In this document: positions 10,160 to 19,381 of the stretch, in pieces | How positions within the stretch are numbered: the stretch's first letter is position 1 | How the letters are laid out: every line of letters starts with the position of its first letter | Source: Candidatus Omnitrophota bacterium | Lineage (GTDB): Bacteria > Omnitrophota > Gorgyraeia > Zapsychrales > Fredricksoniimonadaceae | Reading direction: 5' to 3' | Assembly: GCA_015233145.1 (NCBI GenBank) | Contig: JADFYI010000005.1 | Coordinates: 16,872-80,871 of the forward strand | DNA length: 64,000 bases | Program-made: the position numbers and the translations under genes | Notes under the pieces: model-generated | What the model was told of the DNA's origin: nothing | The model's input: only the letters and a program-made list of their open reading frames with translations | Database searches by the model: none

Positions 10160-10531
10160 ATGAAAAAACCAAAAATTTTGGTTGTTGATGATGACCCGGA
10201 AATTCGCCGGTCTTTGCCCGCGTTTTTAAAAATTGTTATTGATTGCGATATTACGGTCAAGGATAACGGGTCTGATGCCATTCAGGCGCTGGATAAAGAA
10301 AAGTTTGACGTTATTATCGAGGATTTGCAGATGCCCGGGGTTGACGGGTTTACGGTCCTTAACCATGCGATCAAGCGCTGCCCTGGCATTATCAAGATAG
10401 TTCTCACAGGATTGAGCGATCCCGCTGTCACGAAAAAAATTGAGAGCATGGGTGCTGTTTATGTCTCCAAGCCCCCGGAATTAAAGGTAATTGAGCTTGT
10501 GATTAAGAAAGCTTTTAAGGAAACGGCCTGA
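10160..10531 (+). CDS. Single-domain response regulator (REC)
   Basis: MKKPKILVVDDD, the phospho-acceptor context DVIIEDLQMPGVDG, and a KP motif. The track start at 10139 is also possible. Confidence 0.8.
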   Translation: MKKPKILVVDDDPEIRRSLPAFLKIVIDCDITVKDNGSDAIQALDKEKFDVIIEDLQMPGVDGFTVLNHAIKRCPGIIKIVLTGLSDPAVTKKIESMGAVYVSKPPELKVIELVIKKAFKETA

Positions 10532-10534
10532 ATG

Positions 10535-11146
10535 TCAGGGGCTGGGGGAGTGTGTGCTGGAATAAAAAACGTTATTGTCCGCAGGGTAATGGACGATGAG
10601 GCACACCGAAGTGCTTTGAGAAACGTTTTTAATATAATGAACCTGGCGCGCGTCAAAAGAGGCGCGCTGGCTTTTATGCAGTGTCTTTACCTCCTCGCCG
10701 CGGGGCGATTTGATAACAACATCAATTTTTCCCACTAGAACAAAAATCCATTTTAAAGATTTTTTTGCGTCCTTGCGGTCCTGTTCAGGCGAAGTCTGCC
10801 CGCCGGCCTTGAGGATCAGCTGTGTGGTCGCGAAAGGGAGGTTCCTGTCGAGGATTTTGAGCGCGGCCTTGTCGTTATAAGTAAAAATACCTTCCGGCTC
10901 GCTGATTGCGGAAACTTCCGCGGTTGTGCCTTCCCTTAAAGCCGAGGTTTTGACGCCTAAAATAATGGCAATCTGGTTAAGGGTCCGTTCTCTTACCACA
11001 ACCTGGTTTTTAAGCAGCCGGGTGAGGGTAGAGCGGTCAATGGCTGTCTTTTCAAACGTTCCTGCCAGCCTGGAATAAAAATCCTTGATGGTGGCGTAGC
11101 CGCCTTCTTTAATTAAACGCCTGATTTTTCCGCCGATTTTTTCCAT
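10535..11146 (-). CDS. XRE-family HTH + cupin-domain transcriptional regulator
   Basis: N-terminal MEKIGGKIRRLIKEGGY...TLNQIAIILGV HTH_3 pattern. C-terminal cupin-like beta region. The track start (non-ATG) at 11197 is less likely. Confidence 0.65.
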   Translation of the reverse strand: MEKIGGKIRRLIKEGGYATIKDFYSRLAGTFEKTAIDRSTLTRLLKNQVVVRERTLNQIAIILGVKTSALREGTTAEVSAISEPEGIFTYNDKAALKILDRNLPFATTQLILKAGGQTSPEQDRKDAKKSLKWIFVLVGKIDVVIKSPRGEEVKTLHKSQRASFDARQVHYIKNVSQSTSVCLIVHYPADNNVFYSSTHSPSP

Positions 11147-11259
11147 AACCTTACGCTCCTTATCCCAAAGTATAAAGGTTTTTAAAGGGCAAGTCAAACT
11201 TAAATACGCTTTATTTTGTAGATAACAGAATATTGCGTATGCATATCTTAACAGTGACT

Positions 11260-11288
11260 TGACAAATGCGCTTTTATGTTGTATATTT
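11260..11288 (+). promoter_or_regulatory. Strong sigma70-like promoter (TTGACA 11260-11265, 17-nt spacer, TATATT 11283-11288 preceded by TG)
   Basis: Near-consensus hexamers about 80 nt upstream of the 11367 ORF. Confidence 0.55.
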
Positions 11289-11366
11289 TGATTGTTGAGA
11301 TTTCCCCCAAGGGTTTTAAAACATCAAGGAGCTTCATAAAACCTGCAATAAGAAAGAGGTGGTCTA

Positions 11367-11591
11367 ATGCGCGCGCTTCTTGTTTTGAATGAAAAAAACG
11401 GCAATGCCAGGGTGATGGTCAATCTCAGTAAAAAACGCATGGAAAGCCGGCTGGCCTTTCTTCTGGAAGGGCAGAAGGCTCGTGAGGCTTTTGAACTTCT
11501 TAAAAGCGAAGCTGAAGTGGACGCTTATTTACCGGCAGGCGCAAAATTGCCTTTCATGCCCCAGCTCACGTTAGTTGAAGATTTGGTTTGA
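11367..11591 (+). CDS. Hypothetical 74-aa protein
   Basis: ORF with an AAGAGGTGG RBS downstream of the strong promoter. No recognisable motif. Confidence 0.45.
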   Translation: MRALLVLNEKNGNARVMVNLSKKRMESRLAFLLEGQKAREAFELLKSEAEVDAYLPAGAKLPFMPQLTLVEDLV

Positions 11592-11657
11592 TTGTTTTTT
11601 ACGAGAATTCTTGACGTTGCAGGGCCGCAGACTTAAAATCAAGCATCTTCTCAATGA

Positions 11658-11969
11658 ATGGAGGGCAAAATGAAAGATGTTTCATTTAAAGTGACGGTGC
11701 TTATTCTTTTTGTTGGGGCAGTATGCCTGGGGAGTTATTTTGCAGCGGCTTTGAAAGAGGCTGAATTGGCAAGCGCCAACTTAGACCTCCAGTCAACATC
11801 CAGCCACATCGCGCAGTTAAGAAGTAATGCCAAGCTCCGGGTGTTAAAAGCTCAATTGGCAGGCAAACAGCAGGAACTGGACGCGCTGGCCAAAGAGTTG
11901 GCGAGTACCAAAAAAGCCCTTGAGGATGCTGGGAGAAGACTGGCAGGCATGCCTGTTTATCAGCAGTGA
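11658..11969 (+). CDS. Membrane-anchored coiled-coil protein (hypothetical)
   Basis: N-terminal TM segment VTVLILFVGAVCLGSYFAAAL, followed by a heptad-like Ala/Leu/Lys-rich segment. Confidence 0.45.
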   Translation: MEGKMKDVSFKVTVLILFVGAVCLGSYFAAALKEAELASANLDLQSTSSHIAQLRSNAKLRVLKAQLAGKQQELDALAKELASTKKALEDAGRRLAGMPVYQQ

Positions 11970-11973
11970 AGCG

Positions 11974-12957
11974 ATGGCCTCTTTTTATCTGACCGTTTTT
12001 TTCTGTTCAGTTTTTTTGATCCTGCCTTTTAATCCTTCTTTGGCTCAGGCCGCTGGCCATGCCTTTATTCCGCAGGAAGGCCGGTTGCTCATTATCGGCC
12101 AGGATAAGAATACAATCGAAAATTATATCCGTAACATTGGCATAGTCCCTGGCGGGTTTATGCTTTATACCTCTGTTCAGAGCATGGACGGGCTAATGGC
12201 TCCGGCTGACCACGGCGGCGGCCTTCAGGATGCCCGGTATTTGATGGGGAAGTATCCGAATGCCTTGGTCCAGCTTGGGCTTTATATGAAAGAAGGGCTC
12301 GACGACGTTTTGGAAGGCCGTTTTGACAAGAACATTGCCGCGCTGGCCAAGTGGCTTAAATTTCTGAAACGGCCTGTGTATTTGAGGATCGGCTACGAAT
12401 TTGATCTGGCGGACAACAATTACGATCCTGTTAAGTATCAGAATGCCTACCGGTATATTGTGGACCGTTTACGCGCCGAGGGAGTCAAAAACGTTAACTA
12501 TGTCTGGCATTCTGCGGTGATGGTTGATAATCCCGGGAAATACATGGACTGGTACCCCGGGGATGACTATGTGGATTGGTTTGGCATTTCGTTATTTTCC
12601 CCCCAGCAAATCAGGACCGCAGAAAAATTTATCCTTTTGGCCAAAGACCACCAAAAGCCGGTCATGATTGCAGAGTCAACTCCGGCAGGGGCGTATACGG
12701 TGCGGGGCAGGCTCGACTGGTTTAAACATTATTTTGATTTTATTGAGCAGAACGACATCAGGGTTGTCTGTTATATCAACAGTGATTGGGACAAATTTCC
12801 GCTTTTTAAATCTTTGAAATGGGGAGATAGCCGTATTCAAAAAGACCAGCAAATACGTGAATTATGGCTCAAGGAAATCCGTGACAACTATTTGCAGGCT
12901 TCTCGCCTTCTTTTTTATAAACTTTCCGTGTCTGCGGATGATTTGACATCCCCTTAA
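11974..12957 (+). CDS. Secreted glycoside hydrolase, GH26-like (clan GH-A)
   Basis: Signal peptide MASFYLTVFFCSVFLILPFNPSLAQA. Motifs RPVYLRIGYEFD, NYVWHS, WYPGDDYVDWFGISLF and MIAESTP resemble GH26 mannanase blocks. Start moved from 11920 to clear the upstream gene. Confidence 0.5.
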   Translation: MASFYLTVFFCSVFLILPFNPSLAQAAGHAFIPQEGRLLIIGQDKNTIENYIRNIGIVPGGFMLYTSVQSMDGLMAPADHGGGLQDARYLMGKYPNALVQLGLYMKEGLDDVLEGRFDKNIAALAKWLKFLKRPVYLRIGYEFDLADNNYDPVKYQNAYRYIVDRLRAEGVKNVNYVWHSAVMVDNPGKYMDWYPGDDYVDWFGISLFSPQQIRTAEKFILLAKDHQKPVMIAESTPAGAYTVRGRLDWFKHYFDFIEQNDIRVVCYINSDWDKFPLFKSLKWGDSRIQKDQQIRELWLKEIRDNYLQASRLLFYKLSVSADDLTSP

Positions 12958-13157
12958 CGCCATTGTTATTCCCAAAAACTCAAAATTCCTGTATTGCTGA
13001 TTTTTCTCATTGTTGTCTGTTATTTCAAGTTTTTATTATATAATTTTCATAAGATTGGCTTTTCAGTCCTTCAAGTTAGCCTCCCCTTGCATTATAGGGG
13101 TCTAATAGTTTATATTTATATAAATTATTAAACGGGTATTTCTAATTAAAGGACAGT

Positions 13158-15875
13158 ATGCAGAATTTTATGATACGTTTTTTTCTTTGTTGCCTCATGC
13201 TTTGGGGCATCATGTTTTCTCCAAAGGCTTTGTCGTGGGCCGCTGGGTACGATGATGGCAGAACTGAGATTGTGTCCCAGGCGCTTCTGGCGTATGAGCA
13301 GGAATCAGAACCAGTTGTTTCTTCACAAAGGTCTTCCCCCGCAATAACAGACAACGAGTCGAGCCCCGTGCCTTTTGGCATGCCGGTGCCGGCAAGCCTT
13401 GCGTCTTCTTCAACAACTCCGACAAGCAGCGATTTTGCCAATGCTGTGGGCGGCGCTGTCCAAAGGCAGTTCGGCGAAGGCTGGCATCCATCTGCTGATA
13501 TTCATGGCCGCCTGCGGCTGGCCATGGGGATTAATACATCAGGGGATGCTATTTTTACCCGGGCTAATCCTGATTTGAATGAACGCAACTGGCGCATACT
13601 TGATAATACAGGGCTTAATCACTATTCCAATACTTACGACCCAGGGATTTACTCGAGCCTGAGGTTGCTTGTGGATGCCACAATTCTTCCCGCACTGACC
13701 ATGCACATTTTAGCCGTCGCAGACCCGTGGAGTTACAGAGGCAAGACTGAGACAGCTTCTCTGAGCGGCACTTGGTCAGGCCCTGTTGACCAGGTCAGGG
13801 TGCAGTATTATTCTTTTGGCAACGATGGCTATACCTTTAATCGGATTGTTAATACCGACAGGATCGGAAAATCTCTCGCGATTCCGGAGACAAAAATTAT
13901 TAAAGGTAATATTGTTCCGGCACAGGCGCTGGCGATCAATAACTGCAACCCCGCAGGCACATCATGCGATACTGTTAATGTCCCGCAAATGAAGCTGGAT
14001 TATGAGTTTCAGCCTATTCGGGAGTTTTGGGTTGATGTGAAGCCCTCCGAGCATTTTTCTTTGAGGATTTTTCCCATAGCTTATGAGGATCAGGCCTTGA
14101 CGAGCGATGACCCCTTAAGCCTTTCCAATAAGAGGACTTATTGGGAAGAGAGCCCCTGGATCCGGGAGTGGCATCAAGGCAATTTGAATCAGCCTGTGAA
14201 TTGGGACGGGTTTGATTTTACGCAAGGGTATTGGGACCGTTCCATCGCCTTTTCCGCCAAAGATTCTTCGGGCCAGCATTTGACAGCCTTGCGCGGGGTC
14301 TCGACGAAAATCAGGCCTGACGGCTCCACAACCATCGAAGGTACCCTGGCCAGTCCCCAAAATCCCTGGGAGGATTATAACCAGTATAATACCCTGGCAG
14401 GAAGTGCGCGTGCCAAGCGTTACTGGGAGGATGATTTTTATTTAGGGTCGACCTTGAATATGCATCGCGGGTTTACAACAGACCCCAAGCCGCAGCTGGA
14501 TGCCTGGAATTATGTTGAGAGTGTTGATGCGGCCATCATGGCCATGCATGGGGTTAAGGTGCTCGGCCAGGTCAGCAAGTCTCAGGCGCAGTATGATTTA
14601 ACAAGGCCTGATTACGCCACGAAACATTACGGCGATGCTTATTATGTCGGCATCCAGACCAGCACCAATCAGATGGAAATGATCAAGAAAGATTATTTTT
14701 CCCTCCAGCCTTACAAAGGGGAAGACTCTTTTTATAAAACCCGCCTTTATTATGCCAGGATGGACAAAAATTTTGAGTCCAGCCTGTCGAGTTACGGCGC
14801 AACACAAAAGGATAGCGCCTGGTCGAGAAATATGACATTTTATCCTTCGATTTATCGCAATATGCCTGGCAATGAGCCAACCATGAGCGAAAATGACCTA
14901 GCGTATCTGGCCTTTGGCGACGGCATGAATTATGACCGTCAGGTGATAGGCTGGCGGGCTGATGCTGTTTTGGATGATAACAAGATTTTGGGCACGGCTG
15001 ATTTCCGTCGTGTCATGACGGCCGAGGATAAATCCGTAGAAACGGTTTCGCACGGCGAGTTAACGTATAAGGCGACGGATAAATTGACCACAAAAGTTTC
15101 AGCCTTGCACCATGCTCTCCCGAATACCACGGCGCTTGATGATGGCCGGGGGCTGGACCCGTTAATGTTTGATGCCAATGGGAATCCTCTCATTAATCCG
15201 TCTGTGCAGAAGGGCCTGGATCCCAGCATGTCCACAGGCGCTGTGGGTGCACGTTATGATGCGACAGACTGGATGTCTGTCAATGGTGTTTTTATGCGCA
15301 CCAATGACATCTTAATGACAGACAATTATCCGCGCGGCCTTTTTAACAGTTCAAATTCGTGGTATGCCGGGGATTTAACTCAAATAAATTTTCGTCATCC
15401 CACGTCCTGGCTTTACAGCCAGCAATATTTTGACCAGCCCCCGTATGGCTATCATGATATTCTTAAAGGCGGAATTTTATTAAAGCCATTGGATGTCTGG
15501 AATATTTATCTGGATTACACCCGTAATCCCAATAAATTTGCCGGCGGTATTGACGACAATATCAACCATTTCGGCATTGAAACAAGCTATGTTCCCAACC
15601 CCAAGCTCGGATTCTTTGCCCGTTACACTTTTTCAAAATGGTATGACATCGCCCGCCTGGCGCAGTCAGGGGAATTGAAGTATGAAGGGTTTAATAATTT
15701 CTTTATTGAGGGCCGTTACCTGGCTACCAAGGATGATAAATTTTCCATCATGTATGGTGTCGGGCCTGCGTATAATGTGACAACTTCAACCACAGACCCT
15801 GCGCTGGCTTATTACACGGCGCCTGTCCTTCAGACGGAACACATTATCAGGATGAGCTACGAGAAGAAATTTTAG
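13158..15875 (+). CDS. Large (905 aa) putative outer-membrane beta-barrel protein of unknown family
   Basis: Signal peptide. Aromatic-rich alternating strands. C-terminal ...IRMSYEKKF with a terminal Phe, typical of OMPs. A 200-bp AT-rich leader lies upstream. Confidence 0.5.
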   Translation: MQNFMIRFFLCCLMLWGIMFSPKALSWAAGYDDGRTEIVSQALLAYEQESEPVVSSQRSSPAITDNESSPVPFGMPVPASLASSSTTPTSSDFANAVGGAVQRQFGEGWHPSADIHGRLRLAMGINTSGDAIFTRANPDLNERNWRILDNTGLNHYSNTYDPGIYSSLRLLVDATILPALTMHILAVADPWSYRGKTETASLSGTWSGPVDQVRVQYYSFGNDGYTFNRIVNTDRIGKSLAIPETKIIKGNIVPAQALAINNCNPAGTSCDTVNVPQMKLDYEFQPIREFWVDVKPSEHFSLRIFPIAYEDQALTSDDPLSLSNKRTYWEESPWIREWHQGNLNQPVNWDGFDFTQGYWDRSIAFSAKDSSGQHLTALRGVSTKIRPDGSTTIEGTLASPQNPWEDYNQYNTLAGSARAKRYWEDDFYLGSTLNMHRGFTTDPKPQLDAWNYVESVDAAIMAMHGVKVLGQVSKSQAQYDLTRPDYATKHYGDAYYVGIQTSTNQMEMIKKDYFSLQPYKGEDSFYKTRLYYARMDKNFESSLSSYGATQKDSAWSRNMTFYPSIYRNMPGNEPTMSENDLAYLAFGDGMNYDRQVIGWRADAVLDDNKILGTADFRRVMTAEDKSVETVSHGELTYKATDKLTTKVSALHHALPNTTALDDGRGLDPLMFDANGNPLINPSVQKGLDPSMSTGAVGARYDATDWMSVNGVFMRTNDILMTDNYPRGLFNSSNSWYAGDLTQINFRHPTSWLYSQQYFDQPPYGYHDILKGGILLKPLDVWNIYLDYTRNPNKFAGGIDDNINHFGIETSYVPNPKLGFFARYTFSKWYDIARLAQSGELKYEGFNNFFIEGRYLATKDDKFSIMYGVGPAYNVTTSTTDPALAYYTAPVLQTEHIIRMSYEKKF

Positions 15876-15969
15876 CGTATCCTTTCTTGAAGAGATCCCT
15901 GGTTTAAGAGATTTTCTGTTAGCTTTTTCCTCAACAGACGACCAACCAGCACAAAGAAAGGAAAAAATT

Positions 15970-16512
15970 ATGCCAACCATAAATCCGGTAACGCTCGTAT
16001 CTTCTAACCCCGAACAAAAAAAACTCCTCGAAGGCCTGAAAGCCAAAATGGGCAGGGTTCCTAATATCTATGCCACCATGGCCCAGTCGCCCGCAACGCT
16101 TGAGGCGGTACTGAATTTTAATGCCGGGCTTAAAAAAGGAAGTCTTTCTCCCCAGGAAATCGAAGCGATTGCCCTTGCTGTAGGAGAAAAGAACAGCTGC
16201 CATTATTGCCTGGCAGCCCATACTGTCATGGGAAAAATGGCTGGACTGTCTCTTGAAGAGATGCTCGATGCCCGCCAGGGAAAAGCCCGCGATGAAAAGC
16301 TTGACCGTCTTGTTAAGCTTGCAGTCGAAATTGTATCAACGCAAGGGCGTCCTCAATCAGAAACGATTGAAGCCTTTCGCAAGGCCGGGTACAGCGATGC
16401 CGCGCTTGTTGAGGTTGTGGCCTGGGTGTCGTTTAATATTTTGACGAATTATATTAATCATGTTGCGGACACGGAAGTTGATTTTCCTCTAGCGCCATCC
16501 CTTGGGGCCTGA
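15970..16512 (+). CDS. Carboxymuconolactone decarboxylase / AhpD-like peroxidase-related protein
   Basis: CHYCLAAH CxxC motif in an AhpD-core context; about 180 aa. Confidence 0.7.
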   Translation: MPTINPVTLVSSNPEQKKLLEGLKAKMGRVPNIYATMAQSPATLEAVLNFNAGLKKGSLSPQEIEAIALAVGEKNSCHYCLAAHTVMGKMAGLSLEEMLDARQGKARDEKLDRLVKLAVEIVSTQGRPQSETIEAFRKAGYSDAALVEVVAWVSFNILTNYINHVADTEVDFPLAPSLGA

Positions 16513-16595
16513 TTTCTCCAGATAATTTTTTGTGCAAGAATTCTTTTTCTCTTGTATGATGGAAGAAAATAGCAGGCGCGAAGGGGGAGAAGATT

Positions 16596-17291
16596 ATGTC
16601 CAAAAATGAGAAAACAATTCTGTGCGTTGACGATGAATTGAGCATTTTAAAAACGCTTAACCGGGTATTGTCGGGCGCCGGCTATAAGGTGGCGCTGGCC
16701 CAAAGCGGTGAAGAGGCGTTGAAAATTCTTGACGCGCAAGGTGTTGATCTTATTATTGCCGATCAGAGGATGCCTGAAATGACAGGCTCTGAGTTTTTAC
16801 GTCTTGCCCATCAGTCTCATCCCGGGATCGTGAGTATCATGTTATCCGGGTATAGCGATTTTGCGAGCCTTGTTGACGCGGTCAATGAAGGAGAAATTTT
16901 CCGGTTTGTGGCCAAGCCCTGGAGTAACGAAGTGCTTCTGGAAATCGTATCTTCAGCCCTGGCCAAGCGCCATGCCCAGAATCTTGCAGGTATTCTTTTG
17001 GGCAATATTCAATCCATGGTTTCGGACAAATCAGGGATTCGCGTAGAAACCTCGCAGACAGAAGACACGGTGACTATCCGGGTCCTGGAAGGCGGGAAAT
17101 TGCTTTCTACAGAAGTTATTTTTGCGTTCCTGCACAATGTCTTTGATGTTTTGGGTATCAAGGAGGATGACCGGATCAGGATGATTTCCGGGGCCGTGGC
17201 CAAGCAAAAAGGCAAGGTTGTTCTTTTTATTAACGTCGGAGAAGGGGTTGTTTTGAATATTGAAATCCCGAAGCCGGCGGGGGATGCATAG
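16596..17291 (+). CDS. Response regulator (REC) with an uncharacterised ~100-aa C-terminal domain
   Basis: ILCVDDE, LIIADQRMPEMTG, FRFVAKPW (RpfG-type REC). The C-terminal part has no recognisable motif. Confidence 0.75.
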   Translation: MSKNEKTILCVDDELSILKTLNRVLSGAGYKVALAQSGEEALKILDAQGVDLIIADQRMPEMTGSEFLRLAHQSHPGIVSIMLSGYSDFASLVDAVNEGEIFRFVAKPWSNEVLLEIVSSALAKRHAQNLAGILLGNIQSMVSDKSGIRVETSQTEDTVTIRVLEGGKLLSTEVIFAFLHNVFDVLGIKEDDRIRMISGAVAKQKGKVVLFINVGEGVVLNIEIPKPAGDA

Positions 17292-17316
17292 TATGAATGG
17301 GTCTTGTTTGAAGAAG

Positions 17317-17388
17317 CGCCCCCTCGGGGAATCGAACCCCGATCCCAAGCTCCGGAGGCTTGTGCTTTATCCGTTAAGCTAAGGGGAC
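17317..17388 (-). tRNA. tRNA-Arg (anticodon CCG), 72 nt, no encoded CCA
   Basis: Folded by hand: acceptor GTCCCCT/AGGGGGC, D stem GCTT/AAGC, anticodon stem CAAGC/GCTTG with loop CTCCGGA, T arm CGGGG-TTCGATT-CCCCG, discriminator G. Confidence 0.9.
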
Positions 17389-17449
17389 AGTAGAGCGAAT
17401 TGTAACATAAGGTTGAATTTTTCGAAGCAAAATTTTTTAAGGAGGAGTT

Positions 17450-17599
17450 ATGGAAGACAAAAAGAATGCAAAACAGGGAAAAAAAGGTTTCTTTGCCCGC
17501 CTTATGGATAAAGTTGACCAGAAAATGCAGGAGAAGGTAAAATCCAGCGGATGCTGTTCCTGCTCGTGCGACAGCGGCTCAAAGGATAAGAAATGCTAG
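17450..17599 (+). CDS. Unannotated 49-aa Lys- and Cys-rich mini-protein (MEDKKNAKQGKKGFFARLMDKVDQKMQEKVKSSGCCSCSCDSGSKDKKC)
   Basis: AAGGAGGAG RBS lies 3-11 nt upstream of ATG 17450. Its stop overlaps the permease start (ATGCTAG). It is below the 60-aa cutoff of the ORF track. Confidence 0.55.
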   Translation: MEDKKNAKQGKKGFFARLMDKVDQKMQEKVKSSGCCSCSCDSGSKDKKC

Positions 17600-18555
17600 A
17601 AGGCTTTTCCCGTTGGGTTGTGATTGATCTGATGCGCCTTTCCCTAAGTTCACGATTGGGGGAGGCGCTTCAGTTTTTTATAGCAGACTCGATAAAAATC
17701 ATTTTCCTTTTAATGGCCATGATTTTTGTCATAGGGGTCTTGCGTTCCTATATCCCGCATGCGGCGATGAAACGATGGATGAGTCATCGGGGAGTGGGCT
17801 CTTATTTCTTCGCGGCTATTTTTGGGGCTGTGACTCCTTTTTGTTCGTGCTCGTCAATCCCGATTTTTTTTGCCTTTATCAGGTCCGGTGTTTCTTTGGG
17901 CGTGAGTCTGGCTTTTCTTGTGACTTCGCCAGTCATTAACGAGTATTTGTTTGTTCTGATGCTGGCCTTCTTCGGCTGGAAGATTGCCTGCAGTTATGTG
18001 GCGAGCGGAATCCTGATCGGCGTTTTTTCAGGCATGGTGATAGAGAAGATCGGACTCGTGCATTATCTTGAACAGGATATGGTTGGGAATAACGATGATG
18101 TCCCGTCAGGCGGTGTGTTTTCTGGTTTTTTAAGCCGGCTCCGCTATGGGGGGCAGGAAGCTCTTTCGATTGTCAGGAAAATTTGGGCGTGGGTTTTGGT
18201 TGGCGTGGCCTTGGGGGCCGCGATTCATAATTATGTCCCCAAAGCCTCCATTGATGCCTTGGTCAGCTCAACAGGAATTTTTTCTGTCCCGCTGGCTGTC
18301 TTGATCGGCGTCCCCATGTATGGTAGTTGTGCCGCTATCGTCCCTGTTGCGGTGGCTCTTTTTCAAAAAGGCGTTCCTCTTGGCACAGCGCTCAGTTTCA
18401 TGATGGCCGTTTCTGCCTTGAGCTTACCCGAGGCGGTCATGCTGCGCAGGGCCATGAAACTTCCCTTGATCCTGATTTTCTTTTTCATGACAACCTTTGC
18501 GATTATAATAACGGGGTATCTTTTTAATTTTCTTCAAAATATCCTGATCAGCTGA
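17593..18555 (+). CDS. Predicted permease (PF03773/ArsP-type, CxC motif)
   Basis: Polytopic membrane protein with the FGAVTPFCSCSSIPIF signature typical of this permease family. Confidence 0.65.
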   Translation: MLEGFSRWVVIDLMRLSLSSRLGEALQFFIADSIKIIFLLMAMIFVIGVLRSYIPHAAMKRWMSHRGVGSYFFAAIFGAVTPFCSCSSIPIFFAFIRSGVSLGVSLAFLVTSPVINEYLFVLMLAFFGWKIACSYVASGILIGVFSGMVIEKIGLVHYLEQDMVGNNDDVPSGGVFSGFLSRLRYGGQEALSIVRKIWAWVLVGVALGAAIHNYVPKASIDALVSSTGIFSVPLAVLIGVPMYGSCAAIVPVAVALFQKGVPLGTALSFMMAVSALSLPEAVMLRRAMKLPLILIFFFMTTFAIIITGYLFNFLQNILIS

Positions 18556-18572
18556 GAAAGGAAATATTTCTT

Positions 18573-19262
18573 ATGCGGGTAAAACGTGTTTTGTTATGGA
18601 TTGTGCTTTTTGTTTTTTCCGCTTCTGCGGCTTTTGCAGCGCCGGCATACGGGACAAAAATGCCAAAGGCAAAAGAAGCGTTCTGGGGGATTGGGGAGTA
18701 CACGATTTTTTTCCGCACTCTTAATAAAGACCATGGCGAGCTCAAAAGCCAGCAGGAACATATTCTTTTGTCTTACGGCGTGACAGATTGGTTTTCCCTG
18801 GACCTCAAAGCCAGCCTCGGCACGATTGAAAGCGATCCTTATACCGGCTCAAAAATTAAATATGATCATCCGGTTTGGGGCGGAGGGTATGGTTTTCGCG
18901 TCAGGCTTTATGAGAACGGCCCAGTCAGGGTCGTCAGCGGTTTTCAGCATATCAGCATTCATCCCAAAACCGTGAAAGGCAACGGCGAGAAGAACAATGC
19001 CATTCTTGATGACTGGCAGGCCTCAGCGCTTGTGTCATATGATTTAAAGAAATTTACGCCTTATACGGGCCTGCGGTATGGCACCACAGATTATATTCAC
19101 CGCATCAATAACGATGCGGACCGCGTGTATTCTCCTGAAAGCCGCCGTTTTGATGCGGTCCTGGGGGTTGATATCCCGGTGTCCCGTAAGGCCTGGATTA
19201 ACCTGGAGGGCGCTTTTGGGAGCGGAGAGGCTTTGGCTACGAGTTTGAATTTCCATTTTTGA
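18573..19262 (+). CDS. Small outer-membrane beta-barrel protein
   Basis: Signal peptide ...SASAAFA. Alternating aromatic strands. C-terminal SLNFHF. Confidence 0.5.
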   Translation: MRVKRVLLWIVLFVFSASAAFAAPAYGTKMPKAKEAFWGIGEYTIFFRTLNKDHGELKSQQEHILLSYGVTDWFSLDLKASLGTIESDPYTGSKIKYDHPVWGGGYGFRVRLYENGPVRVVSGFQHISIHPKTVKGNGEKNNAILDDWQASALVSYDLKKFTPYTGLRYGTTDYIHRINNDADRVYSPESRRFDAVLGVDIPVSRKAWINLEGAFGSGEALATSLNFHF

Positions 19263-19381
19263 GTGAGGCCGGCAAGAGGAAATTGCGTAAGAAAAAATAC
19301 ATTTATTTTTAAATTATGATAAAATTTCGAACAAAAATATTAATATTAAAGAAGCGGGAAATTATTTTTTAGAAAGGCCGT

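Noticed and set aside
10532-10738. 68-aa plus-strand ORF following the response regulator
   Set aside because: It lies entirely within the better-supported minus-strand XRE-cupin gene and has no RBS.
17317-17388. tRNA-Arg as a genomic-island integration site
   Set aside because: I found no adjacent integrase and no direct repeat of the tRNA 3' end nearby. The accessory block starts about 8 kb further on.
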